This document shows, piece after piece, positions 10,166 through 21,242 of a stretch of DNA of 64,000 nucleotides. Within the stretch, counting starts at the first letter, position 1; each line of letters opens with the position of its first letter. Both the position numbers and the translations under genes were made by a program. This DNA is from Phormidesmis sp. (GTDB taxonomy: Bacteria; Cyanobacteriota; Cyanobacteriia; Leptolyngbyales; Leptolyngbyaceae). Below the pieces are notes generated by a model. That model was given only the letters and a program-made list of their open reading frames with translations, had not been told where the DNA came from and ran no database searches. The DNA is taken from the NCBI GenBank assembly GCA_965248535.1, contig CBDFJR010000005.1:512001-576000 (forward strand). The letters run 5' to 3'.

Positions 10166-11692
10166 ATGAAATTGGCTTACTGGATGTATGCAGGCCCGGC
10201 GCACATTGGCACTCTTCGCATTTCCAGTTCTTTTAAAAACGTCCATGCCATCATGCACGCCCCGATCGGAGATGACTATTTCAACGTTATGCGGTCGATG
10301 TTGGAGCGCGATCGTAACTTCACTCCGGTGACGATTAGCTCGGTCGATCGCAATGTGTTGGCTCGCGGCTCTCAAGAAAAAGTGGTGGACAACATCACTC
10401 GTAAGGACGCTGAGGAAACGCCGGATTTGATTGTGCTGACTCCGACCTGCACCTCCAGCATTTTGCAAGAAGATTTAGCGAACTTTGTGCAACGGGCGCA
10501 AATTGATACGAAGTGTGATGTGCTGTTAGCAGATGTGAATCACTACCGATTTACCGAACTGCAAGCCGCCGATCGGACGCTTCAGCAAATCGTTCAATAT
10601 TACATTGCGAAGGCAAAAAAGAAGGGTCAACTGCCCGAAGGCAAAACCGAAAAGCCCTCCGTCAACATCATCGGCATCTCTTCTTTAGGGTTTCACAACC
10701 AGCACGACTGCATTGAGTTAAAGCGCCTGATGGCAGACATCGGCGTTGAAGTGAATGCGGTGATTCCTGAAGGGGCATCGGTGCTGGAACTCAAGAATTT
10801 GCCGAGAGCCTGGTTTAACCTGGTGCCCTACCGCGAAATCGGCTTGATGACCGCAGAATTCTTGAAAGAAGAATTTGGAATGCCCTATGTGGATATTACG
10901 CCGATGGGTGTGGTTGAGACGGCGCGCTGTATTCGCAAGATTCAAGACGTAGTGAACGCTCAGGGTGGCGAAGTCAACTACGAAGATTTCATCGAAAACC
11001 AAACCCTGTATGTGTCTCAGGCGGCTTGGTTCTCGCGATCGATTGACTGTCAAAATCTCACGGGCAAGAAAGCAGTCGTCTTTGGTGACAACACTCACGC
11101 GGCGGCCATGACCAAAATTTTGTCTCGCGAGATGGGCATTCACGTCGTGATGGCAGGAACCTATTGCAAAGCCGACGAAAAATGGTTTCGTGAGCAGGTG
11201 AGTGAATATTGCGATGAGGTTTTGATCAGTGATGATAATGGCGCGATCGCCGACGCGATCGCCCGCATCGAACCCTCAGCCATTTTTGGCACTCAAATGG
11301 AACGTCACGTTGGCAAACGATTACGGATTCCGTGCGGGGTGATTTCGGCTCCCATTCACGTTCAAGATTTCCCGATCGGCTACAAGCCGTTCTTAGGCTA
11401 TGAAGGCACCAATCAAGTCGCCGATCTGGTCTACAACTCCTTCACTTTGGGGATGGAAGATCACCTGCTAGAAATTTTTGGCGGACACGACACCAAAGAA
11501 GTGATCACGAGAGGAATGTCTGCCGACTCGGATATGAATTGGACGAAAGAAGCCCAACTGGAATTAAACAAAATTCCTGGATTTGTGCGCGGCAAAATCA
11601 AGCGAAATACCGAAAAATTTGCGCGCGATCGTAACCTATCCGAAATCACTGTCGAAGCTATGTATGCCGCCAAAGAATCCGTTGGCGCTTAA
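10166..11692 (+). CDS. chlB: Light-independent protochlorophyllide reductase subunit B
   Basis: [29 protein letters not shown]-terminal [17 protein letters not shown]. Confidence 0.99.
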   Translation: MKLAYWMYAGPAHIGTLRISSSFKNVHAIMHAPIGDDYFNVMRSMLERDRNFTPVTISSVDRNVLARGSQEKVVDNITRKDAEETPDLIVLTPTCTSSILQEDLANFVQRAQIDTKCDVLLADVNHYRFTELQAADRTLQQIVQYYIAKAKKKGQLPEGKTEKPSVNIIGISSLGFHNQHDCIELKRLMADIGVEVNAVIPEGASVLELKNLPRAWFNLVPYREIGLMTAEFLKEEFGMPYVDITPMGVVETARCIRKIQDVVNAQGGEVNYEDFIENQTLYVSQAAWFSRSIDCQNLTGKKAVVFGDNTHAAAMTKILSREMGIHVVMAGTYCKADEKWFREQVSEYCDEVLISDDNGAIADAIARIEPSAIFGTQMERHVGKRLRIPCGVISAPIHVQDFPIGYKPFLGYEGTNQVADLVYNSFTLGMEDHLLEIFGGHDTKEVITRGMSADSDMNWTKEAQLELNKIPGFVRGKIKRNTEKFARDRNLSEITVEAMYAAKESVGA

Positions 11693-11712
11693 CTCCTACT
11701 AGTTTGATCATG

Positions 11713-11741
11713 ACTCCTGCCCACAACGGTAGGAGTTTTTT
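11713..11741 (+). terminator. Rho-independent terminator after chlB
   Basis: ACTCCTGCC-cacaac-GGTAGGAGT followed by a T run. Confidence 0.75.
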
Positions 11742-11749
11742 GTTGGAGC

Positions 11750-13258
11750 TTAATATTTCACGACGTAGCGATCGAGATCGCGAATCTGCGGATCAGAAAA
11801 CTGCGTCAAAATCTTCCACAGCACGGTGTAACTGCCATCAGCACGACGACTCACCGGACGGAATGCAAACAGCAAATCACTGCTAGGAGTTTTTAATAAG
11901 TCTCTGAGAGACGATCGTTCACCCGGCAGCAGCGATCGTTTTGAGGTGATAATTTCAGGAATTTTAAACTGAATCGATCGCACCAAATAAGTGCGGTTAG
12001 TGGCTGCGGTTGCCTGACTCAGCAGCGGTTGGCTCAGATTCAAATCGCTCACTTTGCCCGTGATAAAGCGACGACGATCGGCTTGAATCGCTTCTAGCTC
12101 TAAAGGTGGACGATAGCTATAGAAAAATTGCAGCGCGGCTGATAAGCCAGACTCCTTCTCAAACGGCGGCAGCGTTTCGAGAGCCACATCCCCCAAATCA
12201 GTCATAAACCCATAGTTCAAATCGGTCTGCACCATTTGAAAGCTGCCGCCCTCAATCTGAATGGCCAAACGGGGAGATAGCCCTTCCGATCGCTGCATCA
12301 ACACCGCCAAAGGAAGCTGGTCTGCGGCTCTAGGCGCAAGGCGATTTTCTATCGGATTAGACTGGCGATAAGCTTCAGAAGGCAATAGGCGTGCGATTCC
12401 GGTGTTGGGCTGAGATAAGAATGGCCTATAGGGCTGAGACTCTTGAGGATATAAATCATCAGAGGTGCGATCGCTCTGCAACTCCGACACCGGAACCGTA
12501 AACCGAATCCCCACCGGAAAGGCTGACTGCACTTGCAGCAAATGATTTCGGCTCGACTGCACGATCGCCAAAATATCATCAGGCGGCTGAATGGCAGGCG
12601 CGATCGGCATCACAAAACTCTCAACCGGAGTTTTTGCAACTCGACCCATGATTTCAGGGTCGGTCGCGGTCTCCGGTATAAAATTCAGCGTGGTTTGCTG
12701 CCTCCTCAAAGGTGATTTCAAGGGTGGCTGACTTGGTTCAAGAGACTCAGAACGCAGACTCAAAAAACGAGGTGCCGCTTCTGCAACCCTACCCACGCGG
12801 CGATCGAGTTGCGCCCTCAGCGGCCCTAACTCACGCGCAGACGCATAGAGCGCACAATAAACCTGGGCCTCTTCTAAACTGACAGCATCGGTTCCAGCAA
12901 CACTGCCTACCCCAGGCTGGGACGGGTTTTCAGCACACAAAACCTCTGGCGTAGGATAACTGCTCGTAAGAAAACGGTCAACCGCAGAAGTCTGTAAAAA
13001 TAGCTGCCCCCGCACTGCCTGAAGTCGAGCACCATCAGAGCTAGAGAGCGATCGCTCAATTCGATTTAATAAAACTAGATGATTTTGAGCGAGTCGCCGT
13101 GCCTCAACCCAATAATCGCGACTTGGATCGACCGCCGGAGCCGTAGAACGGGTGCTAGCGGCTGCGATCGTCGAACCAATCAGGGAACTCAAGCAAGATG
13201 CCATCAACACAGACAAAAAGAAGCGAGACATTTTGAGGAACCCCTTGCTCACAACCAC
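11750..13258 (-). CDS. Hypothetical secreted protein
   Basis: 502-aa ORF with N-terminal signal-like segment; likely start at MSRFFLSV; no catalytic motif recognised. Confidence 0.7.
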   Translation of the reverse strand: MVVSKGFLKMSRFFLSVLMASCLSSLIGSTIAAASTRSTAPAVDPSRDYWVEARRLAQNHLVLLNRIERSLSSSDGARLQAVRGQLFLQTSAVDRFLTSSYPTPEVLCAENPSQPGVGSVAGTDAVSLEEAQVYCALYASARELGPLRAQLDRRVGRVAEAAPRFLSLRSESLEPSQPPLKSPLRRQQTTLNFIPETATDPEIMGRVAKTPVESFVMPIAPAIQPPDDILAIVQSSRNHLLQVQSAFPVGIRFTVPVSELQSDRTSDDLYPQESQPYRPFLSQPNTGIARLLPSEAYRQSNPIENRLAPRAADQLPLAVLMQRSEGLSPRLAIQIEGGSFQMVQTDLNYGFMTDLGDVALETLPPFEKESGLSAALQFFYSYRPPLELEAIQADRRRFITGKVSDLNLSQPLLSQATAATNRTYLVRSIQFKIPEIITSKRSLLPGERSSLRDLLKTPSSDLLFAFRPVSRRADGSYTVLWKILTQFSDPQIRDLDRYVVKY

Positions 13259-13392
13259 CGAAAGACATTTAAACGGCTGAATCTCAGACTAGAGAAACGT
13301 CAGCCGATTGAAAAAGTTTACTATTGGACGGATTTTTTGGCGTTAAGCTTGTTGAATCGAAATCATAAATTGATTCCTCGTTCACATTACTT

Positions 13393-13575
13393 ATGAGTCA
13401 AGACAGAATCCAAGTTTGCTCAGTTTGTGGCGTTAAAATCCTCAAACTGATCGGAGAAGATCGAGTGATCTTTGCAACCGGAGCGCCCTCAACGCGAGCG
13501 ATTTTGTGGGCACGAGTCTGCAAACATACCCAAAAAGCAGGCTGCATTAACCAAAATCAGAATACCACTGGATAA
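13393..13575 (+). CDS. Small Cys-containing hypothetical protein (possible metal-binding)
   Basis: 60 aa, CSVC...ARVCKH...GCIN pattern; fills an intergenic gap. Confidence 0.7.
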   Translation: MSQDRIQVCSVCGVKILKLIGEDRVIFATGAPSTRAILWARVCKHTQKAGCINQNQNTTG

Positions 13576-13681
13576 ATTTAACCGAGTGATCGCGATCAAC
13601 TCCACCACCGATCCTTCACACGTTAGACTCTAGGCAGAAAAACGATTGGCTTCGCAAGCCTCGAAGGAAGCGCGTCCAGCT

Positions 13682-14347
13682 ATGTATACCTATGCGTTCT
13701 TTAAACCCCCGATCGCGCCGCTCAGTTTGCTAGCAGGCATTGTAGGAGCGGTGCAAATCGTGGAGAGTGGCCAACTGTCGGCCCTAGTAGAACCCGATTT
13801 AGAGCTAGAAGTTTTGCAGCAGGATGATAGTCATCTCGTGCAGGCAGTGTTGACCCACGATCGCATGATTTGCGAGTTGTTTTGGCAAACCACGATTTTA
13901 CCGCTGCGCTTTGGCACCTGTTTTGTCTCCCTAGAGAGTCTAATTGAGCATCTAGAGTCTCATCAAACCGCCTATCTAACCAAGCTTGCCCAACTAGAAG
14001 GCAAAGCAGAATATCGCCTTAAGCTGACTCCCTGCGAGTTGCTAGTTTCGCCGCTTCCTGATGTGAAAGGCAAGCAATATTTTCTCGCTAAAAAGCAGCA
14101 ATATCAGCAGCAGCACACGCAGCAAGCACAGCAGCAAGCGCAGCTAGAGCAGGTGTTTGCCTCCATTTCCAAGACCTATCCTGACTATCGTTTGACGGAG
14201 GCAAAAGATGGCGTTGAAAAGCTTTATTTGTTGGTCGATCGCCAGCAAGAAACAGCCCTCTATCAACACCTCCAAGCGTGGCAAAATCAGTCTTCTCACT
14301 GGGAACTGATGCTAGGCGAAGCGTTGCCGCCCTACCATTTTGTCTAA
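13682..14347 (+). CDS. GvpL/GvpF family gas vesicle protein
   Basis: MYTYAF start, LVQAVLTHDRMI, TILPLRFGT, GKAEYRLK, GEALPPYHFV end. Confidence 0.85.
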   Translation: MYTYAFFKPPIAPLSLLAGIVGAVQIVESGQLSALVEPDLELEVLQQDDSHLVQAVLTHDRMICELFWQTTILPLRFGTCFVSLESLIEHLESHQTAYLTKLAQLEGKAEYRLKLTPCELLVSPLPDVKGKQYFLAKKQQYQQQHTQQAQQQAQLEQVFASISKTYPDYRLTEAKDGVEKLYLLVDRQQETALYQHLQAWQNQSSHWELMLGEALPPYHFV

Positions 14348-14701
14348 TGATGCTCTCAGCGCCAGCCACAAGCTCAAGATCACTAGCCCTGCTAACACTA
14401 GCCAGGCTGAGTTTTGGCGCAACCAGGCTTTGCTAAAGACGCGATCGCTAGATTTCTTGAGAGCGCTCATCGGCACAGGCTGACGATCGCTATACAGCGT
14501 GCACTCTTTTGCGTCTGGGCGCTGAGGATAGGTGCAAGAATCATCGGCATCGTAAATGCAGGTCTTGCACAGTGGCTCGTTTCCCGTGGCGCGATAGAGC
14601 GGAATGCCGGGATGACCATAGGCTTTGAGGGCAGTGCGGCAATGAGGACACACGATCGCTTGAGCGTCAACCAATTGATGACAACGAGGACAGTCTGGCA
14701 T
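14312..14701 (-). CDS. Zinc-ribbon domain membrane protein
   Basis: CPRC...CPHC, LKAYGHPGIPL, CKTC..C..C, C-terminal TM. Confidence 0.8.
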   Translation of the reverse strand: MPDCPRCHQLVDAQAIVCPHCRTALKAYGHPGIPLYRATGNEPLCKTCIYDADDSCTYPQRPDAKECTLYSDRQPVPMSALKKSSDRVFSKAWLRQNSAWLVLAGLVILSLWLALRASLDKMVGRQRFA

Positions 14702-14773
14702 CGATTCCAGCCGATTCTAGAGGGATAATCTGATGCTAACCCAACCAAGGGGCGGGCGAAGAAGAGAGTAGTC

Positions 14774-15088
14774 TTAGACAGACCGCTGCATGAATTTGCG
14801 AACTTGATATTCACCCTCTTCGGCAAACGGAAACGCCTGACCCATGGCTGCGGTGAACTGGCGATCGGTTTCCTGCAACGTCTCAGCCGGGATCGACTTC
14901 CAGCCGTCTCGATTCTTCCAGTGAATCACCATCACGATCTCCGTCGGGTCTTGAGGATTGATCCACACTTCTTTGCCTACAAAGCCAGGATAACTAGACA
15001 GCACCGGAGTCCAGATCTGATCATCTTTCTGGATGTAGTGCTCCCGCAACTCTGGCGGAACTTTCACCTTTAGCCATTCGATTAGCAT
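14774..15088 (-). CDS. Cyanobacterial ABM-fold protein (TIGR03792-like)
   Basis: MLIEWLKVKV, YPGFVGKEVWINP, VIHW..R..WKSIP. Confidence 0.8.
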   Translation of the reverse strand: MLIEWLKVKVPPELREHYIQKDDQIWTPVLSSYPGFVGKEVWINPQDPTEIVMVIHWKNRDGWKSIPAETLQETDRQFTAAMGQAFPFAEEGEYQVRKFMQRSV

Positions 15089-15346
15089 CCAACTCTGCTC
15101 ATAGCTCGTCTAAGACGTTAGCAGAGAAATCCCCTAGCCTTGGAACTTTCTCCCTAGGGGCGTAGATTTCATCAAAGAATGCAATTAAGGGTCGAGGTAC
15201 GGACTTTGCGACTGTTAACTGTCTGGCGATTTGACAAAATAGAAGCAGCGAAAAAGTTTGAATTCCCTACAAAGTGTCTAAAGTTTAGAAATACATTTTG
15301 TCGATCGTTCAACGGGCTTTTGCAGCACCCGACCTAGGAACCCCAT

Positions 15347-15673
15347 ATGGATAGCAATAATTGGATTACACAGCTTTTAATGGTGGGCATCGGCACCACG
15401 TCTCTAGTGGCAGAAAAGTTTAAAGAGATGAGTGACCAACTCGTCAAAGACGGCAAACTCAACCCCGATCAGGCCAAAGGCTTTGTCGATGACCTGATGG
15501 CACAACTCAAACAGGGCAACTTTGAAGCTCAGATGCAGCGGCAGATTCGCAATGTCATGCAAGATTTGGGGGTGCCTCGCCAATCTGAAATGGACGAACT
15601 GCGCGGGCGGCTCGATCGCCTAGAGCGACAGGTGCGCGATCTAGAAAATAAACTCTGGACTGGAACGAAGTAG
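15347..15673 (+). CDS. Phasin-family / coiled-coil protein
   Basis: [39 protein letters not shown]. Confidence 0.8.
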   Translation: MDSNNWITQLLMVGIGTTSLVAEKFKEMSDQLVKDGKLNPDQAKGFVDDLMAQLKQGNFEAQMQRQIRNVMQDLGVPRQSEMDELRGRLDRLERQVRDLENKLWTGTK

Positions 15674-15717
15674 ACGAGCGTGAGAAAATAAACACATACA
15701 CGTCAGGAGGTCTGATT

Positions 15718-16275
15718 TTGAGAGAGATTTTAGTCAGCTTCGGGGTGATGGTTGTTTGCTGCCTGCTGCTGATTGTGGCGCAAGTCACGAGTCGCAATAG
15801 CGCTATTGCAGGCGAGATGCCAACCACATCAGCAGCTATCACCGAAGCTAGCCCCCAAGTTCTGATTGCTGAAGCGTCCAAACCTGCCACCCCCCCGACA
15901 ATGACAGAGGAGAAAGATGATATGGCGACACCTGAACGCGTCAGAGTGACCGAATCGGGACTGCACTATGTAGATGAAGTCGAAGGAACAGGCGAGTCTC
16001 CTAAGAAGGGTCAGACTGTGACCGTGCACTACACAGGCACCCTGACCGATGGCACCAAGTTTGATAGCTCCCGCGATCGGGGTCAACCGTTTGAGTTCAA
16101 AATTGGCGTGGGTCAAGTGATCAAGGGCTGGGATGAAGGCGTGGGCACCATGAAGGTTGGCGGTCGTCGTCAACTCACGATCCCCCCTGCCTTGGGCTAT
16201 GGCGCACGCGGGATCGGCCCGATTCCGCCTAACTCGACGCTGCTGTTTGACGTGGAACTGCTGAAAGTCAGCTAG
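15718..16275 (+). CDS. FKBP-type peptidyl-prolyl cis-trans isomerase
   Basis: [40 protein letters not shown]. Confidence 0.96.
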   Translation: MREILVSFGVMVVCCLLLIVAQVTSRNSAIAGEMPTTSAAITEASPQVLIAEASKPATPPTMTEEKDDMATPERVRVTESGLHYVDEVEGTGESPKKGQTVTVHYTGTLTDGTKFDSSRDRGQPFEFKIGVGQVIKGWDEGVGTMKVGGRRQLTIPPALGYGARGIGPIPPNSTLLFDVELLKVS

Positions 16276-16295
16276 TCCCTTTCAAGAGTTGATTT

Positions 16296-16330
16296 AAAAT
16301 CCGCGATCGCCCTCGATTTGCGGATTTTTT
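16296..16330. terminator. Bidirectional terminator between convergent FKBP and ribF
   Basis: AAAATCCGCGA...TTGCGGATTTTTT. Confidence 0.65.
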
Positions 16331-16378
16331 AGGGCCAATCCCGAAGATTAGGGGATGATAGTTTCCTCAAGACCGCCT

Positions 16379-17305
16379 TCACAAAACGGGAGCCAACATC
16401 GCTCTGGTCGTTTCACAGTCTGCTTTGATTTGGGCTTTTAACTCATCTAGTGAGGCAAACTTTTGTTCAGGTCGAATAAATTGCTCCAGTTCCACCGTCA
16501 GCGTATGCCCATAGAGATCGCCCAGCCAGTCTAGAAGATGCACCTCGATCGTGCGGTGAGTTCCGTTGACGGTGGGACGGTTGCCAATGTTCATCACGCC
16601 CAGAATCGACTCGTGATCGTTGAGCGCTTCCCCAAACACCCGCACTCCATAGACCCCTTGCCGGGGCAAAAACTTCTCAGATGGCACCCGCAGATTAGCG
16701 GTCGGGAAGCCGATCGTTCTGCCTAGCTGCTGACCTTTAACTACCTCGCCCACCAAACTATAGGAGCGCCCCAGCATTCGGTTGGCAATGGCTAAATCTC
16801 CTTGCTCAAGGGATTCTCGAATGGCTGATGTGCTGATCCGTCTGCCCTGAAAGGTGAGCAGAGGCACGATCGTGACCCCGATGCCGTAAGTGGCTGCGAT
16901 TTTAGATAGCTCAGTGGCAGTGCCCGATCTCTGGTGCCCAAATCGAAAATCTTGCCCAATGCTGACCTGTCGCGCTTGCAGGTGCCGGATTAGAACCTCT
17001 TCGACAAACTGCGCTGGATCGAGGGCAGCGAGTTCTCGGTTAAACGGCAGCAAAACTAGCTGCTCAACGCCCATCATTTGAAGCTGAAGTGCTTTTTCAG
17101 ACTGAGGGGTCAGCATGGCACGAGGCTGCCCGCTAAAAAACTCTCTAGGATGAGGACAGAAAGAAACCACCGTAGCGCGAGTTTGAGCGTTGCCCGTGAG
17201 CACAGGCAAAATCACCTGTCGGTGCCCTTGATGAATGCCATCAAAATTTCCTAGGGCGACGGCAGTGGGTGTAAGAGCGTTAGTTAGAGAAGAGGTAATC
17301 CACAC
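16379..17305 (-). CDS. ribF: Bifunctional riboflavin kinase/FAD synthetase
   Basis: ALGNFDGIHQGH, ISTSAIR, GRTIGFPTAN, NIGNRPTV, IRPEQKF. Confidence 0.96.
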   Translation of the reverse strand: MWITSSLTNALTPTAVALGNFDGIHQGHRQVILPVLTGNAQTRATVVSFCPHPREFFSGQPRAMLTPQSEKALQLQMMGVEQLVLLPFNRELAALDPAQFVEEVLIRHLQARQVSIGQDFRFGHQRSGTATELSKIAATYGIGVTIVPLLTFQGRRISTSAIRESLEQGDLAIANRMLGRSYSLVGEVVKGQQLGRTIGFPTANLRVPSEKFLPRQGVYGVRVFGEALNDHESILGVMNIGNRPTVNGTHRTIEVHLLDWLGDLYGHTLTVELEQFIRPEQKFASLDELKAQIKADCETTRAMLAPVL

Positions 17306-17492
17306 GCTTTACATTTTGACATATATCCCTCAGGGAATCTCGTAAATTCCAGTCAGAAATTTGAAATCATGATGAAGATTACCGTATTTTCTCGCTGATC
17401 AGCGTTCCAATCGGCACAAACCAGGGCTTTGAAACCCAAAAAAGCAATTGCTTCTCCATCTACGCTGCTCTGAAACCTTTATTTCGTGACTT

Positions 17493-18428
17493 ATGCACTT
17501 GAAAACGTCAAAGCTTTATTTCGTCAGATTAGGGGTGTGGTTTCTCATCGCTGGCTTAGTTTGCGCCTCTCCTGCGTTGGCTCAAACTCCTATAGCAAGC
17601 TCAGCCGGGTCTAGAGCTTTGGTGTCTAGTCCGCAAAACCCAAGCTATGACCCGCAAAGCGTGCTTCAAAAACTAGCCGCCGTAGACGTGGTTTATCTCG
17701 GCGAAACCCACGATAGCGCTGATGATCACCGTGCTCAACTGGCGATGATTCAGGCTCTTCATCAATTAAATCCCCATTTGGCGATCGCAATGGAGATGTT
17801 TCAGCGCCCCTACCAGTCGGTGCTCGATCGCTATCTAGCGGGAACGATCACTGAAGCTCAACTGAAAACCCTGACTGAATATGAAACCCGATGGGGCTAC
17901 CCCTGGGAGTATTACGCCCCAATTTTGCGGTTTGCTCAAGAGAATGGACTGCCCGTGATCGCCCTTAATGCCCCTACTGAGGTCATTCGCACAGTTGCGC
18001 GAGGAGGCTTAAAAAGTCTGACAGTGAGCGATCGCAGATTTATTCCTGCGGTGTCTGAGCTTCGGGCACAACCAGACGCTTATCGAGAGCGAATGCGGCT
18101 GATTTATCAAGACATTCATCAAGGCAAAGGCACTAGCGACTCGTTCGATCGCTTCTTTTTAGCCCAGATTGTTTGGGATGAGACCATGGCCGATCGGGTC
18201 AGTCAATTTCTTCGCACCAACCCGCAGACGACTGTCGTGGTATTGGCGGGTCAGGGGCACATCATTTACGGCGACGGAATTCCGAGTCGGGTGGCTCGGC
18301 GGATGCAGACAACCCGGCGGGGATCAGTGTCACAATCGCTGATCTTGCTCAATCCCTCTCAAGAGGAGACGGCCCAGTCTGAGCGCCCGATCGCCGATTA
18401 TTTTTGGACAGCTCGATTCTCTAATTAG
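17493..18428 (+). CDS. ChaN (PhuW/DUF399) family iron/heme-uptake-like protein
   Basis: VVYLGETHD...HRAQL, AMEMF, AQIVWDETMA, AGQGHI. Confidence 0.88.
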   Translation: MHLKTSKLYFVRLGVWFLIAGLVCASPALAQTPIASSAGSRALVSSPQNPSYDPQSVLQKLAAVDVVYLGETHDSADDHRAQLAMIQALHQLNPHLAIAMEMFQRPYQSVLDRYLAGTITEAQLKTLTEYETRWGYPWEYYAPILRFAQENGLPVIALNAPTEVIRTVARGGLKSLTVSDRRFIPAVSELRAQPDAYRERMRLIYQDIHQGKGTSDSFDRFFLAQIVWDETMADRVSQFLRTNPQTTVVVLAGQGHIIYGDGIPSRVARRMQTTRRGSVSQSLILLNPSQEETAQSERPIADYFWTARFSN

Positions 18429-18942
18429 TGCGTTTTGGAACTAAATAGATTGCGCCCGAAACCCAGGTAAGAGCCACTGAAACCCAGAAGGCGCAGAGAG
18501 AGAAGCGTTGCCACGAGTCAGGCAGGGGAGCGATCAAAAGCGCGATCGCCACAATTTGACTGACGGTTTTCACCTTGCCCCAAAAATTTGCCCCCTGAAT
18601 GGCCCCCCCTTGCAGGTTGGGATCAACGCGCCACCCAGCGATCGTCAACTCCCGCGCCAAAATCATAAAAACGCCCCAAGCGGGAATCTGTCTTAACTCA
18701 ACCAGTGACATCAGAGGAGCCAAAACCAATAGCTTATCGACGAGCGGATCTAAAAACTTACCCAAATCTGTGACCTGATTAAGCTTTCGAGCCAGATATC
18801 CGTCTAGCCAGTCTGTTCCTGCGGCTAAGAGAAAAACACCCACCATGAGCCAGCGAGTTTGGGGCGTGGGAGCGTGTAACCCATATAAAAGAAAGGGCAC
18901 CCCCAACAAACGAGAGACCGTGATCCAGGTTGGCAAATTCAT
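18421..18942 (-). CDS. pgsA: CDP-diacylglycerol--glycerol-3-phosphate 3-phosphatidyltransferase
   Basis: MNLPTWITVSR, TDWLDGYLARK, GKFLDPLVDK. Confidence 0.9.
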   Translation of the reverse strand: MNLPTWITVSRLLGVPFLLYGLHAPTPQTRWLMVGVFLLAAGTDWLDGYLARKLNQVTDLGKFLDPLVDKLLVLAPLMSLVELRQIPAWGVFMILARELTIAGWRVDPNLQGGAIQGANFWGKVKTVSQIVAIALLIAPLPDSWQRFSLCAFWVSVALTWVSGAIYLVPKRTN

Positions 18943-18976
18943 AGGCTTGAGCAAACGGCATCCTCATTTAGCAGCC

Positions 18977-19015
18977 AAAAAAGAGGGATGACCCTGTTCG
19001 GATTGTCCCTCTTTT
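18977..19015 (-). terminator. Terminator downstream of the sugar transferase
   Basis: AAAAAAGAGGGA...TCCCTCTTTT inverted repeat. Confidence 0.65.
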
Positions 19016-19077
19016 CTGGTATTTGCGGAGATAGATCTAATGAAATGATGGCTATCTTCGAGAGATTTAAGCGCTGA

Positions 19078-19797
19078 TCAGCACGCTCCCCGTTTCTTAA
19101 GCACGACCTCGATCGTACTCAGAATCAGTTTGAGATCATAGGCGATTGACCACTTTTGCTGATAAGCGACATCTAATTTGACGATATCTTCAAAATCGAT
19201 GACGCTAGAGCGACCGTTGACCTGCCACTCGCCAGTCATGCCTGGCTTCACCTTGAGACGGGCCCAGTGGTGAGGCTGATATTTTTTGACTTCATCAAGG
19301 GTCGGAGGTCGAGTTCCAACTAGGCTCATCTCACCTTTGAGCACGTTCCAAAACTGAGGAAGCTCATCTAGGCTGGTGCGCCGCAGAAATGCACCGACGC
19401 GAGTGATCCGAGGATCATTTTCGTTTTTAAAGATATTTCCCTTCGCTTGATTTTCGACCAAGTGCTTTCGCTGTTCTGCGTCGGCAACCATTGAGCGAAA
19501 CTTCCAAATTTTGAAGGGCTTCCCTTTAGCACCACAGCGCGTTTGACTATAGAAAACGGAACCTGGATTGTCACGCTGGATGGCGATCGCCACCGGAACT
19601 GCCACAATCGCAGTGATGCTTAAGCCAACTACAGCACCCACAATATCAATCAGTCGTTTTAGCTTACTGTGTGCCGAAGAATGGAGAGCTTCCAATTCAA
19701 CGGAACTCTGAAGTGCGATCGCGGACATCTCAGCTTCTTGAGAGCATTCAAGCAAGATTGAGTAAGGAGGAGAGGAAATTTCAGAAGACATCATCAC
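19078..19797 (-). CDS. Bacterial sugar transferase (priming glycosyl-phosphotransferase)
   Basis: KRLIDIVGA, KFRSMV, DPRITRVGAFLRRTSLDELPQFWNVLKGEMSLVGTRP. Confidence 0.94.
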   Translation of the reverse strand: MMMSSEISSPPYSILLECSQEAEMSAIALQSSVELEALHSSAHSKLKRLIDIVGAVVGLSITAIVAVPVAIAIQRDNPGSVFYSQTRCGAKGKPFKIWKFRSMVADAEQRKHLVENQAKGNIFKNENDPRITRVGAFLRRTSLDELPQFWNVLKGEMSLVGTRPPTLDEVKKYQPHHWARLKVKPGMTGEWQVNGRSSVIDFEDIVKLDVAYQQKWSIAYDLKLILSTIEVVLKKRGAC

Positions 19798-19982
19798 GGG
19801 CAGCAGCCAATTTTTACAAGGTTGACTTCACTGCCAATATATTCAGCCTCACCTCCTATGTGGTAGGAAAAGGGGCGACGTTTGCTCAATCTTTGAATTG
19901 ACTCAAGTTTTTATGAAGTTCTGATAGGGGTTGAGGAAACTTTCCCTTAGATAGATGCCCCGTCGCTTCAGATTCTTAGAAA

Positions 19983-21242
19983 TTAATGAAATAAATCATC
20001 CATTCCAGACAGCTTGACCCCCGATGAAGGGGCAGAAGACGGCGATTGAAGTCTAGCGGAATGAGACGATGTGCCGTCTCGCTCCTCTCGTTCTAGATAA
20101 GAAAGCTCCTCACTGAGTTGAGTGAGAATGCTTTGGTCAAGCTGAAGGTCTAGCCCCACGTTCTGATCAGAAGGAGAGGCAGGCAATAAGTCTTCGTGGG
20201 GGGTGTAGGTCGTTTCGATCAGCCTTGATGAGATTGCGTCAGATAGATCTAGAGACTGAGAAGGGGACTGGAGGTTTGATAAAGCAGCCGACTCTGGGGC
20301 AAAAGGGGGCTGTTGAACAATCGCAGGGGGCGGGACGGGAGTCACATGAAGCGGCTTCTGCGTTCCACTACTGATCTGCTCTAACAGATCGGTGAGCGCG
20401 TGAATCGAATCAGACTGGTTAAGGAATCCAGGGATTTCTTCTGCGCGAGGCGTAGATAGCTCGGTTCCGGGGTAAGGAAGCGATATCATTGCTGAGTCAG
20501 AGGCTCTAGCCGCACTGCTGCTAATCGACGGAGACAGCAGCGGAGTCGATCGCAACCGCAACTCACTCTCTGCGATCGCTGGGGGCGCTTGAGGCGGCAC
20601 ATCAGCAGAGGCTTCGTGACCCGGTTGTTGCGCCGGACGGCCGACTAGCGCAGCGGCCATGGCTTCTCCCTGCGCTCCTAAGCCATGCAGTTTGGCAAGC
20701 CCTTGAGAGAGTGAATCTTGATAGGCAACGATATCTTGCTGCAAGGCATCAAAGACCACTCTTAACGTGGTGTCGAGCGTGCCCAGCACTTGATCGGCCC
20801 GATCGTGCACGGTCTGCAATTGCTCAACTTGAGAAGACGTTAACGACGAGGGATCGGGAGAGCGATCGAGAGATTGACTGTGGATCTGAGACTCCAACTG
20901 CCGAATTTCACGCATGAGCGCATTGCGCTGCTGGGTGAGGGTGATCACCTCAGACTGCAAGGGTCTGAGCAGCGTTGAGCGCAACTCATTGATCTCTTGA
21001 GTGAGAGACTGCATAACCTGTTGAGCATTGGCTCCACTCTGATCTAGCGCCGCAGATTTTGGTGGTTGCTCAAAATTGGCCGCCGATCGTTGCTCTATCA
21101 AATAGCTGCGTATTTGTTGTAAAACTTGACGCTGCTGGCTAATCTGCCCGCTCGCTGCCCACGGAAACCGAGAAACCGATTTGTGAAGAGCACCGTCAAT
21201 TTGGTCAATGAGTATCTGAAGTTGATCTATCTGAGAAGTCAC
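19983..21242 (-). CDS. Hypothetical coiled-coil protein with disordered Ser/Pro-rich tail
   Basis: Long ORF (track 19983-21365); likely GTG start at 21242 (VTSQIDQLQILIDQID); heptad-like Gln/Leu segments. Confidence 0.7.
   Translation of the reverse strand: MTSQIDQLQILIDQIDGALHKSVSRFPWAASGQISQQRQVLQQIRSYLIEQRSAANFEQPPKSAALDQSGANAQQVMQSLTQEINELRSTLLRPLQSEVITLTQQRNALMREIRQLESQIHSQSLDRSPDPSSLTSSQVEQLQTVHDRADQVLGTLDTTLRVVFDALQQDIVAYQDSLSQGLAKLHGLGAQGEAMAAALVGRPAQQPGHEASADVPPQAPPAIAESELRLRSTPLLSPSISSSAARASDSAMISLPYPGTELSTPRAEEIPGFLNQSDSIHALTDLLEQISSGTQKPLHVTPVPPPAIVQQPPFAPESAALSNLQSPSQSLDLSDAISSRLIETTYTPHEDLLPASPSDQNVGLDLQLDQSILTQLSEELSYLEREERDGTSSHSARLQSPSSAPSSGVKLSGMDDLFH

Noticed and set aside
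10166..11692. chlB separated from chlL/chlN
   Set aside because: This is the normal arrangement in cyanobacteria
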